Assembly (NCBI GenBank): GCA_965205975.1
Contig: OZ242195.1
Coordinates: 480,001-544,000 of the forward strand
Reading direction: 5' to 3'
Source: Candidatus Latescibacterota bacterium
Lineage (GTDB): Bacteria > Latescibacterota > UBA2968
DNA: 64,000 nucleotides
The notes beneath the pieces are model-generated. The model had not been told where the DNA came from, made no database searches, and saw nothing but the letters and a program-made list of their open reading frames with translations. Position 1 is the first letter of the stretch; the number at the start of each line of letters is the position of its first letter. Of the stretch, positions 10,410 through 20,895 are shown one piece after another. The position numbers were made by a program, and so were the translations under genes.

Positions 10410-11118
10410 GCTGTTTTCCCGGGTTGTTTGATTCCTGACCACCGAGTAATTTTTCGGCTTCCTCAAGTTGTTGCTTATCGTTAATTGGCAGCCAAAAATT
10501 AGCTTCGATTACTTTGATTTTTCGACCAGATGCAATCAGATTCATCCATACATCGGGCGTTTCGTATTCGCCGCGTGCGGATGGCGCGATTTCCGCGTCA
10601 AAGAAATCTCTGTCCATGACCATCGCGCCGTTCCAAACCAAATCTGAAATAAACGTCTGGGGCTTTTCGACTGACCGAACGAGGTGTCCGTCTTCATCTG
10701 TCACCAGAACCCCAAAATGTTGAGGATTCGCCACACGCGAACCAATTAGAGCCAGGTCCTGCTGTTGTACGAGATTTTGAAGGCTGCACGGCCCAAAAAT
10801 ATCATCGCCTACCATTCCCAGCCACCGCCCGGTGATTGCAGGTGCGGCGACCCGAAAAGCATGGGCGATTCCCAATGGATCTTCCTGAACGAGAAATACA
10901 ATGCGCCGCCCCCCATATATGCCGTCTGAAAAATGCTGGCGAATCGCCTCTTCGTGCGGTCCTCCTACAATGAATACAAGTTCGCGTATCTCGTTCGGCA
11001 ATCGATCCAGCGCGTGTTCCACCACGGGCTTTCCCGCTACCGGCAATAAGTGCTTCGGTCCCTCATAATCCATCGCCATCCGCGTTCCCTTGCCGGCTAA
11101 CAGCACAACTGCTTGCAT
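10402..11118 (-). CDS. Sugar-phosphate nucleotidyltransferase (RmlA-like)
   Basis: LAGKGTRM...PKHLLPV, PLGIAHA, VEKP, SARGEYE. Confidence 0.85.
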   Translation of the reverse strand: MQAVVLLAGKGTRMAMDYEGPKHLLPVAGKPVVEHALDRLPNEIRELVFIVGGPHEEAIRQHFSDGIYGGRRIVFLVQEDPLGIAHAFRVAAPAITGRWLGMVGDDIFGPCSLQNLVQQQDLALIGSRVANPQHFGVLVTDEDGHLVRSVEKPQTFISDLVWNGAMVMDRDFFDAEIAPSARGEYETPDVWMNLIASGRKIKVIEANFWLPINDKQQLEEAEKLLGGQESNNPGKQHG

Positions 11119-11142
11119 AAAGTCTCCTGACTACTGATGCTC

Positions 11143-12123
11143 TCAATGACTGTCCCGATAGTGTTGCTTGAGAATATCGCTGCCAAAGTCATTGGTCAGG
11201 TCGCGCCAGACTGCGTGGATATGATTGGCCTCGTCTTGAGTGCAGTCGTATTCTGCGAGGAAGGTGGAGCCGAGTACGCGATAGTAGTGGCCTTCGCCGC
11301 GATTTATGCCGCCAGCCCAGGCGAATGCTGCTGTGTCGAGTGAGGTGAGGTTTGCACGCTGGGCTTCTGCAATTCTGTTGGGCAAGCGGGTGATATATAC
11401 ATCGATGAGTGCGGTGACGACTTCGCGTTGCGATGCGGTCATGTCCTTGAGTTGCAGACCCTCAATCTGGACTTCATCATTTACCTGGGGGACATTGCGG
11501 GTGAGGATGTCAGCAGGGGCTTCGTCACTGATGATTGCCACTCTTTTTTGGTCGCCGTCCAGAGAGGCGAGTAAGTCGCGAGCGAGGTCTTCCTCATCTT
11601 TTAGGGCGCGCAATCCCTCGTGTTCGCCGTGCCGAACTTGTGCGGGATTGGAGCCGAAGAAGACGGGCGTAGGCGCGACGAGTGTGCCGTTGACAATGGT
11701 GTAATTGACCGAGACGTGATGGCCTTCAAAACGCCAGCTCCAGGTGGTCTCACCATTGGGCGTGCCAAAGACGACGAGGTTGTAGAGATCTGGATCGCGC
11801 GGGAATCGGCGTCTGGGACCTTCTACTTCGGCGAGTATGGGTTCCAGGTTGATGATTGTTCTGGCTTTGGTGCGCGCCTGTTCGCTCAGTCCGGTATCGA
11901 GCAGAGCAAATGCTTTGTCTCTCTGATGCGCTTCCATGTCTTTGAGCGCGAGGCCCAATCGGTCGCGCGGGATGTAGTGCCAGTCCTGTCGTGCGTTTTC
12001 ATCGCCAAAGCCCAGTTGCGCGGTTGCCGCCTGATCGGGACGCAGAGATGCCAAAAATGCCGTGGCAGCATCGGCCATGCGATTGGCCGTGTCAATCTGG
12101 GTATAAAGTTCTTCGAGGTTCAT
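11143..12123 (-). CDS. DUF3500 domain protein
   Basis: WHYIPR, WSWRFEGHHVSVN, ANHIHAVWRD..NDFG motifs. Confidence 0.85.
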   Translation of the reverse strand: MNLEELYTQIDTANRMADAATAFLASLRPDQAATAQLGFGDENARQDWHYIPRDRLGLALKDMEAHQRDKAFALLDTGLSEQARTKARTIINLEPILAEVEGPRRRFPRDPDLYNLVVFGTPNGETTWSWRFEGHHVSVNYTIVNGTLVAPTPVFFGSNPAQVRHGEHEGLRALKDEEDLARDLLASLDGDQKRVAIISDEAPADILTRNVPQVNDEVQIEGLQLKDMTASQREVVTALIDVYITRLPNRIAEAQRANLTSLDTAAFAWAGGINRGEGHYYRVLGSTFLAEYDCTQDEANHIHAVWRDLTNDFGSDILKQHYRDSH

Positions 12124-12177
12124 GTTCTCAACTCCTTGTGAATGTGGATGATTCAGCTCCTGTCTGCTTGAAACAAC

Positions 12178-12738
12178 TCAGGATCTCCTTCTATAGAAAA
12201 TCCGAAGAACATCGCCTTCGTTCAGAATATTATTATAAAACTGGTACATCTCTGCATCGAAATCTTCGTCTTGTCTGAGGGCCTCCAGGAAATCTGTCTT
12301 TGTGATTATGAGCGTGAGGTCATCTCTATCCAAGAAGTAATCAATCCTTTCAACTGTTCCATCTTCGTCAGTAGTGACAATTTCATTGCCATCAATGCGC
12401 CAGGTTCCTTTGCCTCCGCTATTGTCCTCCCACGTATTGTCCGCATTGAAGCGCATTATTGATCTCATATTTCTGAAATGCTCTTCGGCACCTGTGAACG
12501 CGGAATTAACAAGTGTCTGAGCCTGAGTTCGGCTATATCCTTGAGTGACAAGGTAGTCTTCAAATCTATCGGCGAGTACCGTAACCATATCCGTATCCAC
12601 AAATGTCCAGGAGCCAACGAGTTCTTTCTCCGGCCCGGTAAGGCTGTCGCCACAGGCCATCATCCCTGATGCCAGGATAAGGATAATGGTCATAGATAAC
12701 AAATGCTGTTTCACAAAATTATCTCCTTTTTTAAACAA
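12178..12738 (-). CDS. Putative lipoprotein, lipocalin-like
   Basis: Hydrophobic signal ending MMAC; LVGSW and GTW beta-barrel motifs. Confidence 0.6.
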   Translation of the reverse strand: MFKKGDNFVKQHLLSMTIILILASGMMACGDSLTGPEKELVGSWTFVDTDMVTVLADRFEDYLVTQGYSRTQAQTLVNSAFTGAEEHFRNMRSIMRFNADNTWEDNSGGKGTWRIDGNEIVTTDEDGTVERIDYFLDRDDLTLIITKTDFLEALRQDEDFDAEMYQFYNNILNEGDVLRIFYRRRS

Positions 12739-12742
12739 TAGG

Positions 12743-13588
12743 TTATTGGCTACTATCTACTGATTTTACTCTTCGTCCTCCCAAAGTAGCACCGCCATCA
12801 ATGGTCAATGCCTGTCCGGTGATATTTTTTCCTTTGTCGCTTGCCAAAAAGACGACCATATGGCCCACATCTTCGGGCGTTTGTTCGGTTCCTAAGGGCA
12901 CACTATTGCGGATTACATCTTCAAAAATTTCTCTTGCGGTAAATCCCTCGTATGCCGGGTTGTTGTTTTTGATTTGAGACGCGATCATTTTCCAGGCGCG
13001 CGTCCAGAGGTAGCCGGGGCATATTGCGTTGACTCTGATCCCACGCCCTGCGAGTTGGCTGGCTAAGGTTCTGGTCAAATGAATGACTCCGGCTTTGGCC
13101 GCGCCATAAGCAGGCATGGAAACGCTGGGCATTAATGCGGCGATAGATGCGATGTTGATGATGCTGGATCCGCGGCTGAGATGCGGGATGGCTGCTCTGG
13201 ATGAGACAAAGGCGGTTCGGAGATTGGTGTGCAGGTGCGTGTCCCAATCGTCAACGGATAATTCTGTCAGTGGGATTTCCAGCGATGCTTTGGCCGCGTT
13301 TGTATCGGGTCCTCCAATGCCCGCGTTGTTGACGAGTATATCGAGTGAGCCGAGTTCTGAAACGACCCGATCCGTTGCCGAGCGCATGGCGGTTTCATCA
13401 GATGCATCGGCCGATAGCCCGATTGCGGACGTTTTGAGCGTTTTGGCGGTTTTTTTCGCACCATCGCCATCCAGATCAGTAATGGCGATTTTTGCACCTG
13501 CATCCGATAGGTGTTGTGCGATGGCTGCTCCAATGCCCCGCGCAGCACCTGTTATGAGTGCAACCCGATTTTGTAATTCCAGACTCAC
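12743..13588 (-). CDS. SDR family oxidoreductase
   Basis: TGAARGIG, NNAG, YGAAK; GTG start overlaps the upstream stop. Confidence 0.9.
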   Translation of the reverse strand: MSLELQNRVALITGAARGIGAAIAQHLSDAGAKIAITDLDGDGAKKTAKTLKTSAIGLSADASDETAMRSATDRVVSELGSLDILVNNAGIGGPDTNAAKASLEIPLTELSVDDWDTHLHTNLRTAFVSSRAAIPHLSRGSSIINIASIAALMPSVSMPAYGAAKAGVIHLTRTLASQLAGRGIRVNAICPGYLWTRAWKMIASQIKNNNPAYEGFTAREIFEDVIRNSVPLGTEQTPEDVGHMVVFLASDKGKNITGQALTIDGGATLGGRRVKSVDSSQ

Positions 13589-16488
13589 GGTTGTTCCTTT
13601 TCCAATTCCAATCCGAGTGTTTTTCCTTTTTGCACGGCGGGAATGCCCGCGTTCATCCATACAGGTGCAGGGGCGTCTTTGAGGTAGTGGTCAAAGAATT
13701 GTTGCAGGCGAATGCTCCAATCCTTGCGGTTGTGGTGTTTGCGTATGCCGTGTGCTTCTCCGTTGTAATTGACCAGCCAGGCGGGTTTGCCCAGGCGGCG
13801 CAGGGCAACAAAGAGTTCGATGCCCTGGTACCAGGGCACTGCGCCGTCGTCGTCGTTGTGCAAGATGAGCAATGGCGTTTGAATTTTGTCTGCCCAAAAG
13901 ATGGGTGAGTTTTCGATATATCGCGTGGGTGCTTCCCAGAGTGAACCGCCGATGCGACTCTGGCTTTTTTCGTATTGCATCATGCGGCTCAGTCCCGAAG
14001 CCCAGCGGATACCGCCGTACGCACTGATCATATTTGAGACGGGTGCGCCGGCTTCGGCTGCCCGAAATATATTGGTTCGGGTGATCATATAGGCGATTTG
14101 ATAGCCCCCCCAACTGTGGCCTTGCACGCCGATTCGGTCGGGATTGACGAATCCCCGATTTATGAGATGCGTCACGCCAGAGACAACGGCGTTGACGGCA
14201 CTTTCTCCGGGGAAGCCGACTTTGTAGGGGATATCCGGGATAAAGATCAGATACCCGCGGCTGACGTAAAATGGGAAATTTATGGAGCCGCCCGAGGCTC
14301 CTGGTGCTCGATGGGCGTGTAGCCGATGGGACATTTTTTCATAGAAATAGACCAGCATGGGATATTTCTGCGCGGAGTCGAAATTTTCGGGTTTGTAGAG
14401 AATGCCTTGCAGGGGTTTGCCGTCGAGCGAGACCCATTCGACGAGTTCGGCCGTGCCCCACAGGTAGTCTTTTTGTTGCGGATTGGCTTCGCTTATTTTT
14501 CGCGTATTCCGAAAATCGAGGTCAGAGGTCCAGAGGTCGGGATATTCTTCAAAAGAGGATTGTCTGAAGAGGAGTATGTCTGCGTCTTTGGCTTTTTGGA
14601 GATTGGAAAACCGTTTGTCGCGCGCGATCAGTTCAACGGGTTTGTCAGTACTTTCAAGGCGATCTCGATAGTAGCCCATGGCTTTGGTTTTGAGATTGAA
14701 ACCCGATAAGAGCAAATCGACTTTGGGATCGCGTGCTCGTTCTTCGGGGTCGAGGCTTACATATCGAAAGCGCGTTTCGGTCTCGCGCCCAATCCCTTCG
14801 GTGATGTTGACGGGTGCTTTGCGTCCATTGGGATCGGTGAGCCAGATATCGTAGCGGTCGTAAACGAGAAATTCTTTATCGCCTTTTGTCCACCCGGCAT
14901 TGCCATGTGCGCTGGGTGGATACGGCCAGTCGTGCAATTCGTTGTGAACGGGATGGGGGATATTTCTACTGGCGTTGACGCGGATCATATTTTTGACATG
15001 CTGAACATACCAGTTTTTCTGGATGCGATCCCACCAGTAGATGTATTTGGATTCGGGTGAGAGGGTGGGGCGCGTCTGCATTTTGGTGAGTACGCGCGTT
15101 GCCTCGCCGGTTTTTATGTCGATCAAATAGCTGTCGTAATAAGCTGGCGAATCCCACGAAATGAGTTGTCGGTAGGGGAGAATCGAAGTGCCTATCGCGA
15201 CATCGGCATTGCCCTCGCTTCCCAGACGAATATTGGGGATAGTTTCTGTGGCGAGTTGAACGATTTTGCCATTGTTGAGGTGAAAGACGGCGCGATATGT
15301 GCGTTCGCGTTCCTCTTTGGCATCTTTGAGTTGCATGGGTTGGAGATAGGGGTCTTTCCAGTTCCAGATATCGACTGCGACTTTTTCGTCGTCGGGCGTG
15401 TCGTCCTCCGCTTCCACTTCTGGTCTGGGGGCGGTGCCAAAAAAGAGGCGCTTGCCGTCTTTGGAAAAGGAGAGGTTGGCGTGTTCGCTGACCCACCAGT
15501 TCGGTGGTATGCCCTTTGTTCCAGATTGGGCGATTTTTTTTGCCTTATTGCGCGAGCCAATGGGCCAATAATAGAGGGCGTATTCCTGTTGCTCTGCGTT
15601 AAAGCTGTCGCGGTTGGCAATAAATGCGAGATGGAGACTGGATTCGTCGGTGGTGATTTTTTTGTAATCACCTGCGCCCGTGAGTATGGCTGTGGTGTCG
15701 CCCGTGCTGGTGCGAATGACGTAGATGCCATCGGCTGTGCTGTCTTTGTTGGCAGCGGCAAAAATGAGATACGAACCGCTTTCTGTGAAGGCGTAGGAGA
15801 TGACGTGGTTATATCGCGTTTCGGCACTGGTCTGGAGGTTGCGGAGAACGAGCGTGGTGCCTTCGGCTTTTTTGCGTTTTTTCTTTTTGGGATCTTTCGG
15901 TTCTTCTTTTTTGGCTTCTTTAGTTTCGGGTTTTTGTTCGGGCTGTTTTTCGGGCTTGGCTGTCTCTTTTTCAGGTTCGGGTGTTTTTTTCTTTTTGTTC
16001 GCTGTACTGTCTTTTTTTGCGATTTCTTTTTCCAGCAAATAGGCGACCCATCCTCCGTTTTCTTTGGGTAGTTTGAAGGATTTGATGCGTGCGGCTTTAA
16101 AGATGTCTCCCGTGGGAAGGGTGATGATACCAAGTGAGTCTTTGGGCGATTCTTCGGGTTTTTTCTTGTCGCGTTTTGCCTGTTTTACCGAGTCTTTGAA
16201 GGCTTTGATGAGGGTGACGATATAACGCGAGTCTCTGGTGAAGCGAATGGATTCTCCACGCGGTATCGCGTAGGAGCGGTCGTCTGTGAGGCTTGCGATG
16301 CGGAGTTCGGTGTCTTTTTCATCCGGACCGACGGAGAGAAAAGCCCATTGTCCGTTGTCGGAAATATTGCTGGCGTGCGTGCGGTTCCACACCTCATACA
16401 CGTCGTGATCCAGCGGCTTTTTCCCCTGGGCAAAGACGAGTGGAGATAAACTCAAGAGCACAGATAGAAGATATGTAGATAGGCGCAT
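13585..16488 (-). CDS. Secreted S9 (prolyl oligopeptidase/acylaminoacyl) peptidase
   Basis: Signal peptide, GHSWGG, DDGAV, EAHG catalytic-triad motifs. Confidence 0.93.
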   Translation of the reverse strand: MRLSTYLLSVLLSLSPLVFAQGKKPLDHDVYEVWNRTHASNISDNGQWAFLSVGPDEKDTELRIASLTDDRSYAIPRGESIRFTRDSRYIVTLIKAFKDSVKQAKRDKKKPEESPKDSLGIITLPTGDIFKAARIKSFKLPKENGGWVAYLLEKEIAKKDSTANKKKKTPEPEKETAKPEKQPEQKPETKEAKKEEPKDPKKKKRKKAEGTTLVLRNLQTSAETRYNHVISYAFTESGSYLIFAAANKDSTADGIYVIRTSTGDTTAILTGAGDYKKITTDESSLHLAFIANRDSFNAEQQEYALYYWPIGSRNKAKKIAQSGTKGIPPNWWVSEHANLSFSKDGKRLFFGTAPRPEVEAEDDTPDDEKVAVDIWNWKDPYLQPMQLKDAKEERERTYRAVFHLNNGKIVQLATETIPNIRLGSEGNADVAIGTSILPYRQLISWDSPAYYDSYLIDIKTGEATRVLTKMQTRPTLSPESKYIYWWDRIQKNWYVQHVKNMIRVNASRNIPHPVHNELHDWPYPPSAHGNAGWTKGDKEFLVYDRYDIWLTDPNGRKAPVNITEGIGRETETRFRYVSLDPEERARDPKVDLLLSGFNLKTKAMGYYRDRLESTDKPVELIARDKRFSNLQKAKDADILLFRQSSFEEYPDLWTSDLDFRNTRKISEANPQQKDYLWGTAELVEWVSLDGKPLQGILYKPENFDSAQKYPMLVYFYEKMSHRLHAHRAPGASGGSINFPFYVSRGYLIFIPDIPYKVGFPGESAVNAVVSGVTHLINRGFVNPDRIGVQGHSWGGYQIAYMITRTNIFRAAEAGAPVSNMISAYGGIRWASGLSRMMQYEKSQSRIGGSLWEAPTRYIENSPIFWADKIQTPLLILHNDDDGAVPWYQGIELFVALRRLGKPAWLVNYNGEAHGIRKHHNRKDWSIRLQQFFDHYLKDAPAPVWMNAGIPAVQKGKTLGLELEKEQP

Positions 16489-16568
16489 AGGTAATCTCGT
16501 AGAAGTAGGAGGTTTTGGACAGGTAAGTTTCTGAACAATATAATAGATATACAGCGGTGGGCAAAAAT

Positions 16569-16603
16569 AAAAGCCGACACATAAACATCGGCTTTTGTTT
16601 TTT
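16569..16603. terminator. Hairpin, probable terminator
   Basis: AAAAGCCGA...TCGGCTTTT flanked by A/T runs. Confidence 0.5.
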
Positions 16604-16658
16604 TGGTTCTTTTTTGTAACTATTTAGGTCATTTGAATGATGAGGAAAAAAAGATGCT

Positions 16659-16747
16659 GTAGGAGCGGCACCCCTGCCGCGATTAAGGTCGGGGGACGGG
16701 GTACAACTGGTCGTCTCTCAGGCCAGTTCAAGGGATTTCCCTCCTAC
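16659..16747. repeat. GTAG-type REP-like palindrome
   Basis: Begins GTAGGAG and ends CTCCTAC with internal hairpins; related copy at 58637. Confidence 0.55.
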
Positions 16748-16755
16748 GCGCGACC

Positions 16756-17232
16756 TTAGAAATTTGATTCTACTTGGTATTCGGCAGAGTATTCTTTCAG
16801 GTTCTTTTTTATTTGCTGAAACTGCGTGTAGGAACATGTACCCGCTGGAATTTCGATGGGGTGTGCTGGTTGGGCTTTTGGAATAATTTCCACGCCGTTG
16901 ATTTTGAGGTGCATCGCCTGGATTTCATCCCAGGATATTTTCTTCGCCTGTCCGCGTCGTTTGGCTTTGATCTCCAGTCCGTCATTGCTGAATACTACCC
17001 GCGGTCGTCCGTGTTTTTTGGGGATATAGAGAGCAATGATCATTGCAACGATGATCGCAATACTGCAGAGTAGCAGAATCGTACCTACTATCCAATCAAA
17101 GGCATTGTGTGCATGCGATAGTGTTCGCCAACCCTGGTATATGCTGTTGATTATGATCCCAATACTGAGAACGACAAACCACTTTGACTGGCGTGGGTCT
17201 TCTACGTCAAAGTAAATTGTAAAGGTATCCAT
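16756..17232 (-). CDS. Hypothetical 2-TM membrane protein (possible PH-like C-domain)
   Basis: Two hydrophobic helices, ISWDEI motif, GAGGA RBS. Confidence 0.65.
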   Translation of the reverse strand: MDTFTIYFDVEDPRQSKWFVVLSIGIIINSIYQGWRTLSHAHNAFDWIVGTILLLCSIAIIVAMIIALYIPKKHGRPRVVFSNDGLEIKAKRRGQAKKISWDEIQAMHLKINGVEIIPKAQPAHPIEIPAGTCSYTQFQQIKKNLKEYSAEYQVESNF

Positions 17233-17259
17233 GTTATCCTCTAAAGTTTGGCAGGCGAC

Positions 17260-17517
17260 TTATCGCCCAGTATCATCCTTTGAAACCTCACCCTGATCAT
17301 CCTCTGAAATATGGCGGATTTCTCCAGCGCGTTGTTGTACGATTTCCTGTGCCGCGCGTTTTTTGTCCTCGTTGAGCATGAGGTCTGTTGCACCGAGCAT
17401 TGTGGTAGCCGATCCGCCTGCACCTTTGCGACTGCCTTTTACAAGCGCGTAAAGTGCATAGCCGATGAGAAGAATTGCGATAAGTGTAAAAATGGCGACT
17501 CCCATGAAATGTTCCAT
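17260..17517 (-). CDS. Small single-TM hypothetical protein
   Basis: Abuts the permease stop; N-terminal TM. Confidence 0.55.
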   Translation of the reverse strand: MEHFMGVAIFTLIAILLIGYALYALVKGSRKGAGGSATTMLGATDLMLNEDKKRAAQEIVQQRAGEIRHISEDDQGEVSKDDTGR

Positions 17518-18714
17518 TTAAGTCTCCCGAAAGATGGTGCTTTCGCGTTCAAACCATCTGGCGCAGCCGTAGAGGCTGAGGGCTGCGAGGGCGATGAGCG
17601 AGGCATAGACTTCGAACAATAGGGGTAGTTTGATGGTTCCCGCGAAAATTTCTTTGGATGCAAGCGAGACATTCAAGACCGGTATGAGCGATGTGATGGC
17701 ATTGAGTTCAATGCCGGGCAAGAGGCCGATAAATACGGGAATAATAATGATGATGTTGAGGGGAGCCATAATGCTCTGCGCTTCTTTGAAAGATTTGGCA
17801 AAGATGGAGACGGACATTAAGGCGGCGGCAAAAAAGATGGTTAAGGGCAGGCACAGAGAAAGGACCAGGAGAATGGATGATATTTCAAACATGCCCTGTA
17901 GCGCGTCGAGAATTCTTGAGACAATTTCTCGTTGTAACATAACAGCTATAAAAAAACCGATAAAACTGTTGGCGATTGACGCAAATCCCGATAGGACAAT
18001 CACGCCACATTTGCCCAGCAAGATCTGAATTTTGCTGACGGGAGCGACGAGCAGTGTTTCGAGGGTGGCGCGTTCTTTTTCTCCCGCACCCAGATCAAGG
18101 GCTGGATACATACAGCCCATAAAACACATTAAGACAAAAATATAGGGCAAAAAACCACCCACGCTTTTTCCGATTCTTTCCCGTTGAGAAGCAATGTCGT
18201 GGCGTCTGACCTGTACGGGGTCCACGATCAGACGGTCGAGGGCAAGTCGTTGGAATCGGTCATTGACAATCTGGTTTTCGTAGTCTCGAATCAGACTTGT
18301 CAGGCGATTGCGAGATGCGTCCATATCTCGGGATGATTTGAAATAGAGATGAATTTGACCACGTTGCAAGTCGGATATTTGGGCATCGAATTGCTCATCA
18401 ACGCGAATGGCTGCATCTATGCTGTCGGATCGGATTAACTGAGGGATTATATCTTCTGCTATGTCTTCTCGAATTTTCAGGTCGTCGCGTTTGAGCAGGG
18501 TTTCGCGGAATGTCTCTGCATTGCCATTGGTGATCAGGGCAACTACGAGTGTTTTGGTTCTGACTTTTTGGGTCTGACGAGTAGTAAAAGCGGCTGCAAT
18601 TGTGAATAACAGCGGGAATAACAGCATTGGTATGATGAACATCATCATCATCGAACGCCGATCGCGCGTGATGTCCTTAAATTCTTTTTTAAAGATGGTG
18701 AGGATCGGTTTCAT
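17518..18714 (-). CDS. natB: ABC-2 type permease, NatB-like
   Basis: KKEFKDITRDRR, AGEKERATLETLL, AKSFKEAQ. Confidence 0.85.
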   Translation of the reverse strand: MKPILTIFKKEFKDITRDRRSMMMMFIIPMLLFPLLFTIAAAFTTRQTQKVRTKTLVVALITNGNAETFRETLLKRDDLKIREDIAEDIIPQLIRSDSIDAAIRVDEQFDAQISDLQRGQIHLYFKSSRDMDASRNRLTSLIRDYENQIVNDRFQRLALDRLIVDPVQVRRHDIASQRERIGKSVGGFLPYIFVLMCFMGCMYPALDLGAGEKERATLETLLVAPVSKIQILLGKCGVIVLSGFASIANSFIGFFIAVMLQREIVSRILDALQGMFEISSILLVLSLCLPLTIFFAAALMSVSIFAKSFKEAQSIMAPLNIIIIIPVFIGLLPGIELNAITSLIPVLNVSLASKEIFAGTIKLPLLFEVYASLIALAALSLYGCARWFERESTIFRET

Positions 18715-18734
18715 GGGGACCTCTTATGGCAAAT

Positions 18735-19502
18735 TTATGCCTGTTCGACGATGCGAATAAATTCGTCTTCCAGCGTGGGGGTTTGCATCTGGTTTTGAAA
18801 GTCTTCCAATGTGCCGTTAAACTGCAATTGGCCTTTGTGAATGATGGCGAGGTCGTCGCTGAGCAAGCTGACTTCACCCATGCGATGTGTGGAAAAAATG
18901 ACGGTTTTTCCCGCGTTTCGACAGTCGCGGATGAGGTGTACGATATTGCGTGAGGTGACGACATCGAGACCGGCGGTAGGTTCGTCGAATACAATAACTT
19001 CGGGGTCGTGTATGATCGTGCGTACAATGGAGACTTTTTGTTTCATGCCCGTGGAGAGTTTGCCAATGCGGCGGTTTGCAAAGGCTTCCATGTCGAGGAG
19101 GGCAAATAGGTGGTCACGCCGCGTGTTGTAATCTGCATTATTCATGCCGTGCAGGTCGGCAAAGTAGCGCACCATTTCATTGGAGGTCAGACGATCGTAC
19201 AATCCCGTGTTGCCTGTGAGAAAGCCGAGGTTTTCGCGTACGGCTTGACTTTGTGTTACGGTGTCGTATTCCGCGACAGATATGCTGCCCGAAGTGGGTT
19301 TGAGCATGGTGGCGATCATGCGCAATGCAGTGGTTTTTCCCGCGCCATTGGGACCCAATAATGCGAAGACGCGACCTGGCTGACAGGTGAAGCTGATGTC
19401 GCACACCGCGTCGATGGTGTTGCCCTGAAAACCATCTCCCATTTCGCGTTTTTGCTGCCGCGATAATTTGAAGGTTTTGACAATATTTTTTGCGATAACC
19501 AT
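18735..19502 (-). CDS. natA: ABC ATP-binding protein, NatA-like
   Basis: GPNGAGKTT, LSTGMKQK, FDEPT; paired with the natB-like permease. Confidence 0.85.
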   Translation of the reverse strand: MVIAKNIVKTFKLSRQQKREMGDGFQGNTIDAVCDISFTCQPGRVFALLGPNGAGKTTALRMIATMLKPTSGSISVAEYDTVTQSQAVRENLGFLTGNTGLYDRLTSNEMVRYFADLHGMNNADYNTRRDHLFALLDMEAFANRRIGKLSTGMKQKVSIVRTIIHDPEVIVFDEPTAGLDVVTSRNIVHLIRDCRNAGKTVIFSTHRMGEVSLLSDDLAIIHKGQLQFNGTLEDFQNQMQTPTLEDEFIRIVEQA

Positions 19503-19735
19503 AATGCACTCCGCGATTGCGGGTTGAATAGCGTATGGTCAGAAATCTCCCATTACTTTTTTATCTGAAAAGCCCGTAAAACTCAAGTCCTTCAGGCTTG
19601 GGTCGCACGGCGAAGGGCTTAGAATGTATGGGGTGGCTTTAGCCTATGGGATAGTCCTCAAGGGACTATCGGTGGCGGTGGAGCGGTGTACAAGTGCGCC
19701 AGCGTTTCATCAACAAGATTCATTCTATTTTCAAC

Positions 19736-19764
19736 TTGACAAAATCAATACATAAGTATATATT
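19736..19764 (+). promoter_or_regulatory. Sigma70-like promoter for tnpB
   Basis: TTGACA-17 bp-TATATT, with the -10 ending 6 nt before ATG 19771. Confidence 0.65.
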
Positions 19765-19770
19765 TTTATT

Positions 19771-20895
19771 ATGGTTAAGTCGTTCAAATACAGATTGCGT
19801 CCAACCAAAAAGCAAGAACAAATCTTGCTGACGCATATTGGCGAATGTCGTATCCTCTATAATCAACTACTCTGTGCCAGAATACAAGCATGGAAAAATG
19901 AGAATAAGTCTCTGTCTGAATATGACCAGACCAAAACAATACCATTGTTAAAACAGCAACACGCCGCTTTCAAGCAAGTATATAGTCAAGTGTTGCAACA
20001 AGTATCACAGAGAGTAGATTTGGCATTCAAAGGATTCTTTCGGCGTCTCAAAGAGAAGTCAAAGACAGGCGAGAAAGCGGGCTTTCCCAGATACAAGAAT
20101 GAGAATCGCTATGATTCTATCACCTATCCTCAGTTTGCCAATGGATGCCGATTGGACGACAAGGGCTTGCGATTGGGCAGTATTGGTTGCATTCGCATTG
20201 TCCAGCACAGGCCACTTGCGGGTATCCCTAAGTCTTGCACAATCACACGCACAGCAACAGGCAAATGGTTTGTATCTATCTCTTGCGATATTGGCGAAAA
20301 AGATAAGAAACCAAACACTAACTCTGCTGTTGGCATTGACGTGGGTCTCAATTCCTTTGCGGTCACCAGTGACGGAGAGAAAATAGAGAATCAGAGATTC
20401 TTTCGCAAAGAGGAAAAGTCTCTGAAGAGAGCACAGCGCAAATGGGACGCGGTAAAAAAAAGCTCCAAGACCGACCCCACAAGAGAAAAGCGTCGTAAAG
20501 TCATTGCCAAAGTGCATGAGCGTATCCGTAATAAGCGACATAACTTTGCCCACCAAGAATCAAGAAAAATGGTCAATCGTCACAGTTTCATTGCCGTAGA
20601 GAAATTGGACGTGAAAGAGATGCAGAAGAACAGACGGTTGGCTAAATCAATAGCAGACGTAGCATGGTCCCTGTTTCGGCACTGTCTCGAATACAAAGCG
20701 GAAGAAGCTGGTATTGGATTCAAAGCCGTTGATCCTGACTATACGTCACAAGATTGCTCTGCATGCGGACATAGAGAAAAAAAGACACTCTCAGATCGTG
20801 TGCATCATTGCAAGGCGTGTGGCTATAAGACGGACAGAGACCACAATGCTGCGATAAACATATTGACGTTGGGGCTACAACGTCAGGCAGTTTGA
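19771..20895 (+). CDS. tnpB: RNA-guided endonuclease TnpB
   Basis: N-terminal FKYRLRPT HTH, RuvC GIDVG / VEKL / DRDHNAAINI, Zn ribbon CSACG..CKACG. Confidence 0.95.
   Translation: MVKSFKYRLRPTKKQEQILLTHIGECRILYNQLLCARIQAWKNENKSLSEYDQTKTIPLLKQQHAAFKQVYSQVLQQVSQRVDLAFKGFFRRLKEKSKTGEKAGFPRYKNENRYDSITYPQFANGCRLDDKGLRLGSIGCIRIVQHRPLAGIPKSCTITRTATGKWFVSISCDIGEKDKKPNTNSAVGIDVGLNSFAVTSDGEKIENQRFFRKEEKSLKRAQRKWDAVKKSSKTDPTREKRRKVIAKVHERIRNKRHNFAHQESRKMVNRHSFIAVEKLDVKEMQKNRRLAKSIADVAWSLFRHCLEYKAEEAGIGFKAVDPDYTSQDCSACGHREKKTLSDRVHHCKACGYKTDRDHNAAINILTLGLQRQAV

Noticed and set aside
15166..16133. 301-aa and 313-aa ORFs
   Set aside because: Alternative frames over the Lys/Glu-rich linker of the S9 peptidase.
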